Shown piece by piece: positions 9,710 to 19,339 of a DNA stretch of 64,000 bases. The DNA comes from Nitrosopumilus sp. (GTDB lineage: Archaea > Thermoproteota > Nitrososphaeria > Nitrososphaerales > Nitrosopumilaceae), in contig OZ244651.1 in the NCBI GenBank assembly GCA_965218695.1, forward strand, positions 1,760,001 through 1,824,000. Direction: 5' to 3'. The notes under the pieces are model-generated. The model was not told where the DNA came from, did not search any database, and worked only from the letters and a program-made list of their open reading frames with translations. The number at the start of each line of letters is the position of its first letter. The stretch's first letter is position 1. A program made the translations under genes and the position numbers.

Positions 9710-11116
9710 TTAGGCGTATTTTGCAATCTCCGCCAAGTAATCCAATTTCTTGTTTTTCCATGTCATTACACATGAAAAGAAATTCGCCATCCACGTCATC
9801 GTCTCCTCTGCCCTTATGCTGCCCCGTATTTTTCTGTGCACGACTATCTCGCGCAACCCGCGTTCTGCAGCATTGTTTGTAGGCGGGATCTTTGGGTTCA
9901 GCACGAACCGGAACAGGTCGCTGCCAGCATTGCTGATCTTGACCATGAATTTTTCCAATATTGGATCGTCGGCGTACCTTGCAACGATCTTTTCGATGCA
10001 TGACGTCAGCATGGCAGACGCGTTGTCCCGGAGAGAGCGCGAGCGTTTCCTGCTTGCCCTTCTGGCATAATCATAGATTATGCGCAGGTGCTTCAGGACG
10101 TTGCGCGCGCCTGGGCAGTCCGGATTGCGGTTGCAGATGTCCCTGGCCTCGCGTATTATGTGCGACCAGCAGCGCTGGACGCGGTATTTTCCGTACGCCG
10201 TCCAGCCGTCGCACACTAACGTGCCGTCCCAACCCCCAAGCGCTTCTTTCAGAACCTTTGCCCCCCGGCTGTCCCGTATCACGTACAGCGCGTGCCCGGT
10301 CAGCGGATCGTGCAGTATCCACACCCAGACGTTGCGGCCGTTTAGGTGAATCGATGTCTCGTCGGCGTGCAGTATCTTGGCCTTGCGTATCATGGCGGCA
10401 ATGGCTGCCGCAGGGGCGCCCAGCGACGTTCCCAGCCTGCGCATTATGTTGTGCGCCGTGCCCGAGGAGAGTGTAATTCCGTACCGCGACATGCGGTCTG
10501 CGATCATCCTAAACGGCATGCGACACACGTAATCGTCTGCAACATCAGTCGTTATGCTCGGATCGTAGCTGCCCTTGTCTGGAAGGCCGGTCTCGGGCTT
10601 GATGTCCACCAGACCGCAGGAGCAGCGACACGTGTTTATGGTGTGGCGCGTGGTGATGACCTTTATCGTGCGCTCCACCCTGGTAATGTCGCGTTTTTCT
10701 GACTGCACTATGGAAAGGCTACCCGAGCCGCATTCGGGGCAGGCCTCCGGGGTGTGTTCCTCAAACTCGGTGGGTTTTGGCTTGCGGGTGCGGCCCATGT
10801 GGCCTTTTTGCCCCCCGCGCGACTTCCCGCTGCCGGCCGCATCCACGCGGTCCTTTTGATCCCGGGAGGCTTTTGTGGATTTATTGTAGGCATTCTTTTC
10901 GTCGCCTTTTCCCTTTGTGTCAGGCCATCCGGGCCCCCTTTTTTGTGATGACGGGGTGTTGTAATTGTCATGCCGCACCAGCCTGCGCTTAAGATCAGCA
11001 ACTGCCAGATTCAATTCCTCAATTATCTGCCCTTGCATCTCAATCGTCTGCTTGAGCTTGATGTTCTCAGTCTTGAGATCCGTGTACATCTTTTTGAGTT
11101 CAGCCTGGCTTTTCAC
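9710..11116 (-). CDS. IS66-family transposase
   Basis: Coiled coil, CPEC zinc finger, HADET, VCDGW, QRCWSH, PTNNAAER. Confidence 0.92.
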   Translation of the reverse strand: MKSQAELKKMYTDLKTENIKLKQTIEMQGQIIEELNLAVADLKRRLVRHDNYNTPSSQKRGPGWPDTKGKGDEKNAYNKSTKASRDQKDRVDAAGSGKSRGGQKGHMGRTRKPKPTEFEEHTPEACPECGSGSLSIVQSEKRDITRVERTIKVITTRHTINTCRCSCGLVDIKPETGLPDKGSYDPSITTDVADDYVCRMPFRMIADRMSRYGITLSSGTAHNIMRRLGTSLGAPAAAIAAMIRKAKILHADETSIHLNGRNVWVWILHDPLTGHALYVIRDSRGAKVLKEALGGWDGTLVCDGWTAYGKYRVQRCWSHIIREARDICNRNPDCPGARNVLKHLRIIYDYARRASRKRSRSLRDNASAMLTSCIEKIVARYADDPILEKFMVKISNAGSDLFRFVLNPKIPPTNNAAERGLREIVVHRKIRGSIRAEETMTWMANFFSCVMTWKNKKLDYLAEIAKYA

Positions 11117-11207
11117 ATCGGGTTTGGATTACCATCCTATTTGGATCTGTGGTTTGCACAAAATTTACCCAAGAGTGAACTGAATTAGGCACGACGTGAA
11201 CACTTAC

Positions 11208-11410
11208 CCAGATTCAATTCCTCAATTATCTGCCCTTGCATCTCAATCGTCTGCTTGAGCTTGATGTTCTCAGTCTTGAGATCCGTGTACATCTTTTTGA
11301 GTTCAGCCTGGCTTTTCACATCGGGTTTGGATTACCATCCTATTTGGATCTGTGGTTTGCACAAAATTTACCCAAGAGTGAACTGAATTAGGCACGACGT
11401 GAACACTTAC
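11208..11410. repeat. 203-bp direct tandem duplication of 11005-11207
   Basis: Identical sequence read directly. Confidence 0.9.
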
Positions 11411-11752
11411 CGGAAAGATAATCGCAAAAAGGGATAACTGGAGGAATTACTTCGAGGGCATATTCCTAGACAAGCATGTCTTTGAATACAAAATGAAGGT
11501 TATACTCTCTCTTAGAAATGACGTGAGACATGGGAGAAATCTTGATCACGTAAACAGCCTTAGGCTTAGAATACACTGCTATGATATACTCTCACAGATA
11601 TATGAAAAGGACGACACACTTTCATATGACATGGACAGCCTAGTCACACATACCGGTCTGGGCTAGAATCTACCTGCCTATGCGAGCTGCCGTGTTGACT
11701 TTTTTGGCTAAGTTTCATTACCCCTACGATTTCACTAAAAATGAAAATTATG

Positions 11753-13351
11753 GTAACTGTGTAGTTTTTTGATCAAATGTTGAATTCCATGCCTACAAAC
11801 GTCTGTGTAGTTTTTTTGAAACTATTTTTAATCACTTGATCGAGTTTTTCTCTCCATTCCAATTTTTAGATCATCAGTTCCCACGGTTTGCATTATGTCT
11901 GATGATAATTCCGAGTCAAGGATTGCAGAACTGGAGGAAAAAGTGGAGATGATGGCAGGGCAGCTGGCCAAAAAGGACCAGCAGATAGCCAAACTCACTG
12001 ATCTTTACGCTGCCGCCCTCAGGCAGATCCAGGACCTCACGGCAGAGTTGCAGGAAGCAAGGGGCACCATATCGGCTGCCGTTGCAAGGAGCATCGGCGC
12101 AAAACCTGACAAAAAGACGGGCAGTGCCAGACGCCGCACAAAGGCCAAGGGCAAGCCAAGCGTCCACAGGCGCACGGGCCTTGCGCGTCCTGAAAGAATA
12201 GACGCAGAGGAGACGGCAGATCCCCACACGTGCGACAACTGCGGCAGCTCCGACCTCTCCGAGTGCGTATCCACGTACACAAAGGTGGTAAGGGAGGCTG
12301 CCAAGACGGAACTAAAGCACATCAAGGTGACAGTAAAGAGAAGACGTTGCAGGAACTGCAAGAAGACCGTGTCCGGCAGGACTCCGCTGGCACTGCCAAA
12401 CTCCAGGTACGGGATCAACTTTATGATAATGATGGTCATCCTCAGGCTGCACGGCATGTCAGACCTCAGAATATGCAATATTGTCATGATGATGTACTCG
12501 GCAAGAATCACGGAATCTGCGATAAACCGTATGGTGTGCAGGATGGCCCGGGAGCTCGGGCCGCTGTACGAGAAGATCAAGGAGGAGGTAAGAAACTCGC
12601 CTGCGATAAACGGGGACGAGTCCGTCTGGCGCGTCGACGGCACGAACTACTGGCTGTGGGCGGTGGTAACAAGGTACGCCGTAATCTACGAGGTGCACCG
12701 CCGCAGGAACTCGAAGGTTCCAAAAAAGATGCTCGGCAAGGACTACCCGGGATGCGTGACGTCTGACTCGTGGGGAGCGTGGAACGTCATAGGAGCCATG
12801 CACCAAAAGTGCCACCTGCATTACGTCCGGGACGTCAAGGCCACCCTGAGATACAAGAATCCCGGCCAGGACTACCGTCGGCACGCAAGGACGCTGCGCG
12901 CGATACTGCGGGACTCGCACGTCGACGGCGCCGTTCCGGGAGGGGCAGACGCGCTTGCCGCAAAGAAGAGGCTGGATCGTCGCATCGCGTCCATGATAGG
13001 CAGGCTCGAGAAGAACCGCGACTGCAAGCACTGCAACAGGATGCGCAAGAGGCTGGTGCGGGAAAGGGATCACCTGTTTGCGTTTCTGGAGACAGACGAT
13101 GTCGAATACCACAACAACCGGGCAGAGCGGGCCATCAGGCCGTGCGTCATCCTGCGCAAGAACAGCAACGGGAGCAGGTCAAAGAAGGGCGCAGACGCCA
13201 TTGCCACGCTGATGAGCATCAAGCAGACATGCAAGGCAAGGGGAGATGATCTTGGCACGGTCCTGCGCGAGGGTCTGGTCCTATGTCAAAAAAATACATA
13301 GTTTCTTGGAGACATGGAATTCAGCATTTGATCAAAAAACTACACAGTTAC
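11753..13351 (+). mobile_element. IS66-family element C
   Basis: ~40-bp TIR GTAACTGTGTAGTTTTTTGATCAAATG...; 8-bp TSD AAATTATG at 11745-11752 and 13352-13359. Confidence 0.92.
11895..13301 (+). CDS. IS66-family transposase
   Basis: CDNC..CRNC, NGDES, TSDSW, QKCHLHY, HNNRAERAIR. Confidence 0.92.
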   Translation: MSDDNSESRIAELEEKVEMMAGQLAKKDQQIAKLTDLYAAALRQIQDLTAELQEARGTISAAVARSIGAKPDKKTGSARRRTKAKGKPSVHRRTGLARPERIDAEETADPHTCDNCGSSDLSECVSTYTKVVREAAKTELKHIKVTVKRRRCRNCKKTVSGRTPLALPNSRYGINFMIMMVILRLHGMSDLRICNIVMMMYSARITESAINRMVCRMARELGPLYEKIKEEVRNSPAINGDESVWRVDGTNYWLWAVVTRYAVIYEVHRRRNSKVPKKMLGKDYPGCVTSDSWGAWNVIGAMHQKCHLHYVRDVKATLRYKNPGQDYRRHARTLRAILRDSHVDGAVPGGADALAAKKRLDRRIASMIGRLEKNRDCKHCNRMRKRLVRERDHLFAFLETDDVEYHNNRAERAIRPCVILRKNSNGSRSKKGADAIATLMSIKQTCKARGDDLGTVLREGLVLCQKNT

Positions 13352-13452
13352 AAATTATGTAAATCTGTAGGGACATCAACACACGGCAAGAACTAGGGAA
13401 AGACATCCTGCTTGTTCGCTATTTTTTTAAGCAAAGTCTTATACGCCTAGTC

Positions 13453-14871
13453 ATGACAGGCACCCAAAACCGGATTCCATATGATCAGATTCCGGATGCA
13501 GTCATGTACATTCTGAACAGGAAGGGCAGAACCGTAGAAGATCTTGAAGGGGAACGCGGCAGCAGATATGTGGTGGCGCCCGCCCAACTTGGCTCTAAAA
13601 ATGTAGCCGTATGGCACCGCAAAAGACAGCTTGACGAGTCCGTGGCACAAATCCTGAAACTGCATCCTGACGTATGGGGACCTGCCAGGCACTCAAACGA
13701 TTTTTCCAACGCCACATCCCAGTATCTCTCCAAGCTCAGGAAGAATGGAACCATAGCAGACCTGAACCCAGGCAAGCGGTATGGGATATTCAGGCTTGTA
13801 CGTTCATCCCCGCTCGCGCAGGACATGCCAAAGATGAGCTATGAACGGCGTTTCACTACGTCATCGTCCACATCCGGTACGGAACCCGCATCAGAAGTCG
13901 AGATGAGACAGGCATTCCTCTCAATACTTACCATGGGAGTCAAGGACAACACATACAAGTTTGCACTTGCCCGGGCAATCCTGGATCACTGCCGGGAGTC
14001 TCAGGGCATGGAAAACTCCCTAGATATACCATACGAGAGTCTTTCAGACAAGTTCCTGCAGTACTACTGGCACCAAGAGTGCCGATTCAGGATAAAACAG
14101 GACTTTCACACAAAAAGCATGCCAAAGGTAATCCAGGTAATCAGGGGAGTCTTTGGCCAAAACACCCCGGGCCGCTTTGATCTTCTTGATGATGCCGATG
14201 TGGCAAAGGCAAAAAAACAGATACTAAAGACCGTCTTTGGGCATGCAAGAAACAAGACGTCCATGGTCGTGCCCCGGTTTCAAAAAGTCAGGGTGGGTTC
14301 ACGTTCAGAGGAGAGGCGCGTCTTTTACGACTATAGTGATGACACAAAGATTATTCGCCTCAGGCCCGAGGCGTTTGAGTTCTTCAGGAACAACCACGGC
14401 ATACTGATGGGAACAGTTCTTGCAGAGTGGACTAGATTTCTTGAGCGGACAAACATCGGCCTTCCAATGCTTCTGGCAAAGATCCACATGGACGAGGCTT
14501 CAAGGGGCCCGCTTACCAAATACAAGAACCTCTTCTTACGACACACCGGCCACTGCTTTTACTGTGGTAGCAGGCTGGAAAAAAACTACACCCATGTGGA
14601 TCACTTTATCCCGTGGTCGTACATCTTTGATGACAACGTATGGAACCTGGTTCCGGCGTGCCAAGACTGCAACTGCAAAAAGAGCAACTCGCTCCCACAA
14701 GACGAATTCCTGCAGAGCCTCATACGCAGGAACGACAAATACTATGACACCATCGCCCCACTAAGAAGATCCCTGAAAATGCTGGATGCGCGCCACGGCT
14801 GGAAGCCAGAGATAGAAAACCACTACAAAACCTGCCTCTACTATGGATTCAACATAATATCCATGCCATGA
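13453..14871 (+). CDS. HNH endonuclease with an N-terminal extension (possible modification-dependent nuclease)
   Basis: KDNTYKFALARAIL; CFYC...HVDHFIPWS...NLVPACQDCNCKKS. Confidence 0.85.
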   Translation: MTGTQNRIPYDQIPDAVMYILNRKGRTVEDLEGERGSRYVVAPAQLGSKNVAVWHRKRQLDESVAQILKLHPDVWGPARHSNDFSNATSQYLSKLRKNGTIADLNPGKRYGIFRLVRSSPLAQDMPKMSYERRFTTSSSTSGTEPASEVEMRQAFLSILTMGVKDNTYKFALARAILDHCRESQGMENSLDIPYESLSDKFLQYYWHQECRFRIKQDFHTKSMPKVIQVIRGVFGQNTPGRFDLLDDADVAKAKKQILKTVFGHARNKTSMVVPRFQKVRVGSRSEERRVFYDYSDDTKIIRLRPEAFEFFRNNHGILMGTVLAEWTRFLERTNIGLPMLLAKIHMDEASRGPLTKYKNLFLRHTGHCFYCGSRLEKNYTHVDHFIPWSYIFDDNVWNLVPACQDCNCKKSNSLPQDEFLQSLIRRNDKYYDTIAPLRRSLKMLDARHGWKPEIENHYKTCLYYGFNIISMP

Positions 14872-15016
14872 TATTTCACAGGGACAGCTTGGACCAGCTT
14901 AACCTATTCCTTCAAAAACATGATTGATTTTTGCCTTGATAATTACTCCTGTGATCTTTATCTTTTTTTTTGCAGGTTTTATGGCTCCGTCCAGAGTTTT
15001 GGCAAATTAAAAAAAG

Positions 15017-16542
15017 GTAAGTGTTCACGTCGTGCCTAATTCAGTTCACTCTTGGGTAAATTTTGTGCAAACCACAGATCCAAATAGGATGGTAATCCAA
15101 ACCCGATGTGAAAAGCCAGGCTGAACTCAAAAAGATGTACACGGATCTCAAGACTGAGAACATCAAGCTCAAGCAGACGATTGAGATGCAAGGGCAGATA
15201 ATTGAGGAATTGAATCTGGCAGTTGCTGATCTTAAGCGCAGGCTGGTGCGGCATGACAATTACAACACCCCGTCATCACAAAAAAGGGGGCCCGGATGGC
15301 CTGACACAAAGGGAAAAGGCGACGAAAAGAATGCCTACAATAAATCCACAAAAGCCTCCCGGGATCAAAAGGACCGCGTGGATGCGGCCGGCAGCGGGAA
15401 GTCGCGCGGGGGGCAAAAAGGCCACATGGGCCGCACCCGCAAGCCAAAACCCACCGAGTTTGAGGAACACACCCCGGAGGCCTGCCCCGAATGCGGCTCG
15501 GGTAGCCTTTCCATAGTGCAGTCAGAAAAACGCGACATTACCAGGGTGGAGCGCACGATAAAGGTCATCACCACGCGCCACACCATAAACACGTGTCGCT
15601 GCTCCTGCGGTCTGGTGGACATCAAGCCCGAGACCGGCCTTCCAGACAAGGGCAGCTACGATCCGAGCATAACGACTGATGTTGCAGACGATTACGTGTG
15701 TCGCATGCCGTTTAGGATGATCGCAGACCGCATGTCGCGGTACGGAATTACACTCTCCTCGGGCACGGCGCACAACATAATGCGCAGGCTGGGAACGTCG
15801 CTGGGCGCCCCTGCGGCAGCCATTGCCGCCATGATACGCAAGGCCAAGATACTGCACGCCGACGAGACATCGATTCACCTAAACGGCCGCAACGTCTGGG
15901 TGTGGATACTGCACGATCCGCTGACCGGGCACGCGCTGTACGTGATACGGGACAGCCGGGGGGCAAAGGTTCTGAAAGAAGCGCTTGGGGGTTGGGACGG
16001 CACGTTAGTGTGCGACGGCTGGACGGCGTACGGAAAATACCGCGTCCAGCGCTGCTGGTCGCACATAATACGCGAGGCCAGGGACATCTGCAACCGCAAT
16101 CCGGACTGCCCAGGCGCGCGCAACGTCCTGAAGCACCTGCGCATAATCTATGATTATGCCAGAAGGGCAAGCAGGAAACGCTCGCGCTCTCTCCGGGACA
16201 ACGCGTCTGCCATGCTGACGTCATGCATCGAAAAGATCGTTGCAAGGTACGCCGACGATCCAATATTGGAAAAATTCATGGTCAAGATCAGCAATGCTGG
16301 CAGCGACCTGTTCCGGTTCGTGCTGAACCCAAAGATCCCGCCTACAAACAATGCTGCAGAACGCGGGTTGCGCGAGATAGTCGTGCACAGAAAAATACGG
16401 GGCAGCATAAGGGCAGAGGAGACGATGACGTGGATGGCGAATTTCTTTTCATGTGTAATGACATGGAAAAACAAGAAATTGGATTACTTGGCGGAGATTG
16501 CAAAATACGCCTAAAAATGAGTTAAACCACGTGAACACTTAC
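15017..16542 (+). mobile_element. IS66-family element B copy 2 (1526 bp, opposite orientation to copy 1)
   Basis: Same TIR and identical protein; 8-bp TSD AAAAAAAG. Confidence 0.92.
15108..16514 (+). CDS. IS66-family transposase
   Basis: Translation identical to 9710-11116. Confidence 0.92.
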   Translation: MKSQAELKKMYTDLKTENIKLKQTIEMQGQIIEELNLAVADLKRRLVRHDNYNTPSSQKRGPGWPDTKGKGDEKNAYNKSTKASRDQKDRVDAAGSGKSRGGQKGHMGRTRKPKPTEFEEHTPEACPECGSGSLSIVQSEKRDITRVERTIKVITTRHTINTCRCSCGLVDIKPETGLPDKGSYDPSITTDVADDYVCRMPFRMIADRMSRYGITLSSGTAHNIMRRLGTSLGAPAAAIAAMIRKAKILHADETSIHLNGRNVWVWILHDPLTGHALYVIRDSRGAKVLKEALGGWDGTLVCDGWTAYGKYRVQRCWSHIIREARDICNRNPDCPGARNVLKHLRIIYDYARRASRKRSRSLRDNASAMLTSCIEKIVARYADDPILEKFMVKISNAGSDLFRFVLNPKIPPTNNAAERGLREIVVHRKIRGSIRAEETMTWMANFFSCVMTWKNKKLDYLAEIAKYA

Positions 16543-17651
16543 AAAAAAAGGAATCGTATTTGGTATTATATTTTTTGGAACAACAGCAGTGTTTTTTGAA
16601 TTGTTTACTCCTTGGGATTGTTTTGGTGAATCTTTATATTTACTGGCTTGTGAGTAATTTTTGTGGATTGTTGGATTAGTAGCGACATGCGTGGTATTTA
16701 GTTCCATCTACAAACCCAGTAGTCGGAAATTTACCCCTTAGGCAGGTCCCCCGACATCATACGGTTGACCCACAATCCTACATAATTCCAATGCAGCCAT
16801 GGCCGCAGCATATGCGACAAGCGCCAGAGTCACCCGATCATAACTCGAATCCGCACGGTACTGCTCCACTGCCCACGTGTTGTACATGAACAGCGAGACG
16901 TAAAACATGATTGCCCTAAACGACGCATTGCGGCTTGTCGTCCTCGGACGCACCTGCTCTACCTGCTTGTATCCTGTCTCTATCCCCCACCTTCTCCTGT
17001 ACTCCTCTGGAAGCGTCTCAATCTCGTCTAGCGCCCTGGCAGGGGAAAGGTTGGTGGCAAAGACATGGTATCTTTCCGTGGCATCGGCATCAGGATCGTC
17101 TATCTTTTTTGAGGGCGTGATTATCAACGTGAATGTAACAGACTGGCCTGCTGCGTTTCTGAGGGTGTACCGTGAGACTGCCCTGCGTGATTTATCGTGG
17201 TGCTCCCGTATCGCCCTCTTCATCCCCACGTTCTTGACTGCCGGCATCAGGAACTTGCGCCTTTGTTCGGATACAAGCCTGATTATCTCAGTCGAGTAAA
17301 ACTCGCGGTCCATCAGCAGCAGCCGGGCCCGTATCCTGTAATCCCTGAGTTTTTGCATGAATTTACGCACAAAATCGGCGTTGTCCACGCTGCGCGTGAC
17401 CTGCATGCACTCCAAAATGGCCGGAACCTGCTCTGCTACCACGTGCATTGTCGCATAGCACTCGAACCTGCCTGTACCGCCCTTTGGTTTGGACCATATC
17501 AGGTGTGACATGTTGTCCTTGTCGTGCCTTGGTATCAGGTGCTTGTCTATTGCCACCAGTACGCCTCCCTTGTACCGGCACGTATTCTTGGCAAGCCTTG
17601 CGGTGCGTGTGAGCATGTCCCTGCAGAGTTCGTCTGCACCGTCTGATTCTA

Positions 17652-18753
17652 TAGTGGCGATCAAAAGTTCTTGCAAAATAATTCGGCTTTTCTGTTAAAG
17701 AATTTGATCAAATCCAGATTGAATCTCGCAGTTCGATAGTACTGGGAGACGGCACTGTGCATGTCCAAGAAGGTTTTGTAGTATTCTGAAACAAGCAGGT
17801 TCCGTTTTCCCTGGTGCCAGCATTCTTCCACGGCGTTGAGATACGGTGAGCCTTTTGGCAGGTATATGATCCTGATGTTCTTGTTCTCGCGCAGCAGCGT
17901 CCGGACGGCTTTTGCGCGGTGCGGGGACGCCCTGTCCACCAGGACGGCAACCTTCCCAAAATGCCTCTGCATGGCCTTGAGATAAGCAACAAAAGTGGGC
18001 GCGTTAAACCCGCTGGCAGTCCTGAAGAACTGCCTGCCATCCATTGTAATTGAACCGTACGCGGTAATTCTTTTGTGGCTTCCAGTGTATGGCACGGTTA
18101 TTGGCACCCCCACGGGGGACCAATACTTGCGGCCAGATTTTACGTCGTGTATGAAGAACGCCTCGTCTTGCACGGCCAGGACAAAACCGTCTTTTTCTAG
18201 GCGTGAAATTCTCTTTTTGAGGCGATATTGCCAGCTTTTTACGGCTGCCTTGGTGGCCCTGTTGATGTGGATCCTTTGCGACCCCTTGGGGGACAGACCG
18301 TATTTTTGCATGATTTTCCTGATGTTCGTCCTGTGCATCTTTGTTCCCGTCTCCCTGTGTATGACCTGTTGCAGTTCGGCAGGAGTGGTCTTGAACCGGT
18401 CTACCTTGTCCAGTATGCCGTCCATTGCTTCAGGTGAAATCTTGGGCGGCCTGCCGGATCTGGGAAGATCCCGGAGGCCTTGTAGACCTCCATTCTCGAA
18501 GCGTTCCAGCCAGTTGCGTACCCACCTGGGACATCGCAGAAGATTGACGGCCGCATCATCTATGCTCATTTTACGAAAATGTACCATGTGTACTGCAAGC
18601 ATTCTGGCTCCCACCCTGAGGTCCTTTTCTTTTTTGTATGCTACTTCGAGTTCTTCCCGTGTTACTTTGATCATGCCGCGTTAGGCGACCGGCTGATCTA
18701 CATAGTTTTCGGTCTGAGGTGCTGAACTTGGAACGAACTTTCACTTTTCACTA
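17652..18753 (-). mobile_element. IS630-family element inserted at CTAG with TA duplication
   Basis: TA at 17650-17651 and 18754-18755; imperfect TIRs TAGTG...AAAGTTC. Confidence 0.88.
17661..18674 (-). CDS. IS630-family transposase (single ORF)
   Basis: HTH with RSGRPPK, QDEA, VDRASPH, SPYLNAVEECW. Confidence 0.9.
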   Translation of the reverse strand: MIKVTREELEVAYKKEKDLRVGARMLAVHMVHFRKMSIDDAAVNLLRCPRWVRNWLERFENGGLQGLRDLPRSGRPPKISPEAMDGILDKVDRFKTTPAELQQVIHRETGTKMHRTNIRKIMQKYGLSPKGSQRIHINRATKAAVKSWQYRLKKRISRLEKDGFVLAVQDEAFFIHDVKSGRKYWSPVGVPITVPYTGSHKRITAYGSITMDGRQFFRTASGFNAPTFVAYLKAMQRHFGKVAVLVDRASPHRAKAVRTLLRENKNIRIIYLPKGSPYLNAVEECWHQGKRNLLVSEYYKTFLDMHSAVSQYYRTARFNLDLIKFFNRKAELFCKNF

Positions 18754-19339
18754 TAGCGAGTTTACCATGTTGCGAAACCACTTGGGTGACGGCATCTTCT
18801 TTTTGGCATGCTTGAGCAGCCTGATTGCCTCCTCGGAGGCTATGTTGGATTCAGACATCTTCATCAGTATGGCTGCAAACTCGCCCACCCCGTATTGGGC
18901 ATTGTTCCCAGTAGGGAATCCTATGGGTGCAGACCACAGTATTCCTGACAAGGTATTAAGCATCCTTTCTCCGATCTTGTTACGGTGTACCTGCCCACCT
19001 TTTTGCGCAAACACTAGGGTGGGCAAGGACGCCGTAGATAATAGATCCGTATGCTCGAAAAATGTTAACACGTCTGCGAACATCTGTTGGATGGCTTAGA
19101 GGGTAAATTTCCGACTACTGATACTAGCTAAAAGCATAAATTCGTGCGCCCAAACATTATTTTTTGAGGAAAACACGCCCCATTTCCAGACATGATGGTG
19201 CCTACAAGCATGCTACGATAACACAATCACGGAAATTGGCAACAGGTTAGACTGCATGAACTTATGCGCGTCGCTATAGGTTCATACAAGTTTACATAAT
19301 CCGTGATAGAAACTGTTTTGTATTGATGTGTCTTGAAAC

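Larger units (their letters stand above)
9682..11410 (-). mobile_element. IS66-family element B copy 1 (9682-11207) plus a 203-bp duplicate of its promoter end (11208-11410)
   Basis: TIR GTAAGTGTTCACGT; 8-bp TSD CGGAAAGA at 9674-9681 and 11411-11418. Confidence 0.92.
9459..11666 (+). pseudogene. Swt1-like HEPN-domain gene interrupted by an IS66 element
   Basis: Removing the IS and one CGGAAAGA TSD restores ...NFDGYGKIIAKRDNWRNYFEGIF...LRNDVRHGR... with an Rx4H motif; stop at 11664-11666. Confidence 0.8.
14920..16716 (+). pseudogene. Degraded small membrane-protein gene, split by IS66-B copy 2 and cut by the inversion; its last codons lie at 6062-6088 on the - strand
   Basis: Frame GKLKK/GIVFGIIFFGTTAVFFELFTPW...*FLWIVGLVATCVVFSSIYKP joins KENIIE* across the AAACC junction. 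Confidence 0.55.
16738..19083 (-). pseudogene. ISH3 transposase split by the IS630 insertion
   Basis: Both halves match the 6126-7367 protein; break at NSL/ESDG. Confidence 0.9.
16717..19120 (-). mobile_element. ISH3-family copy 2, interrupted by an IS630 element
   Basis: Same 20-bp TIRs as copy 1; flanks AAACC / ATACT. Confidence 0.9.

Noticed and set aside
11686-13390. Imperfect inverted repeat (TGCCGTGTTGA / TCAACACACGGCA) flanking IS66-C
   Set aside because: Short, gapped and without a TSD; not enough to call a MITE
14256-14265. 10-bp match (AGACGTCCAT) to the reverse complement of the CRISPR spacer
   Set aside because: Too short to distinguish from chance in 64 kb
9682-16542. Composite transposon formed by the two inverted IS66-B copies
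   Set aside because: Each copy has its own distinct 8-bp TSD, so they inserted independently
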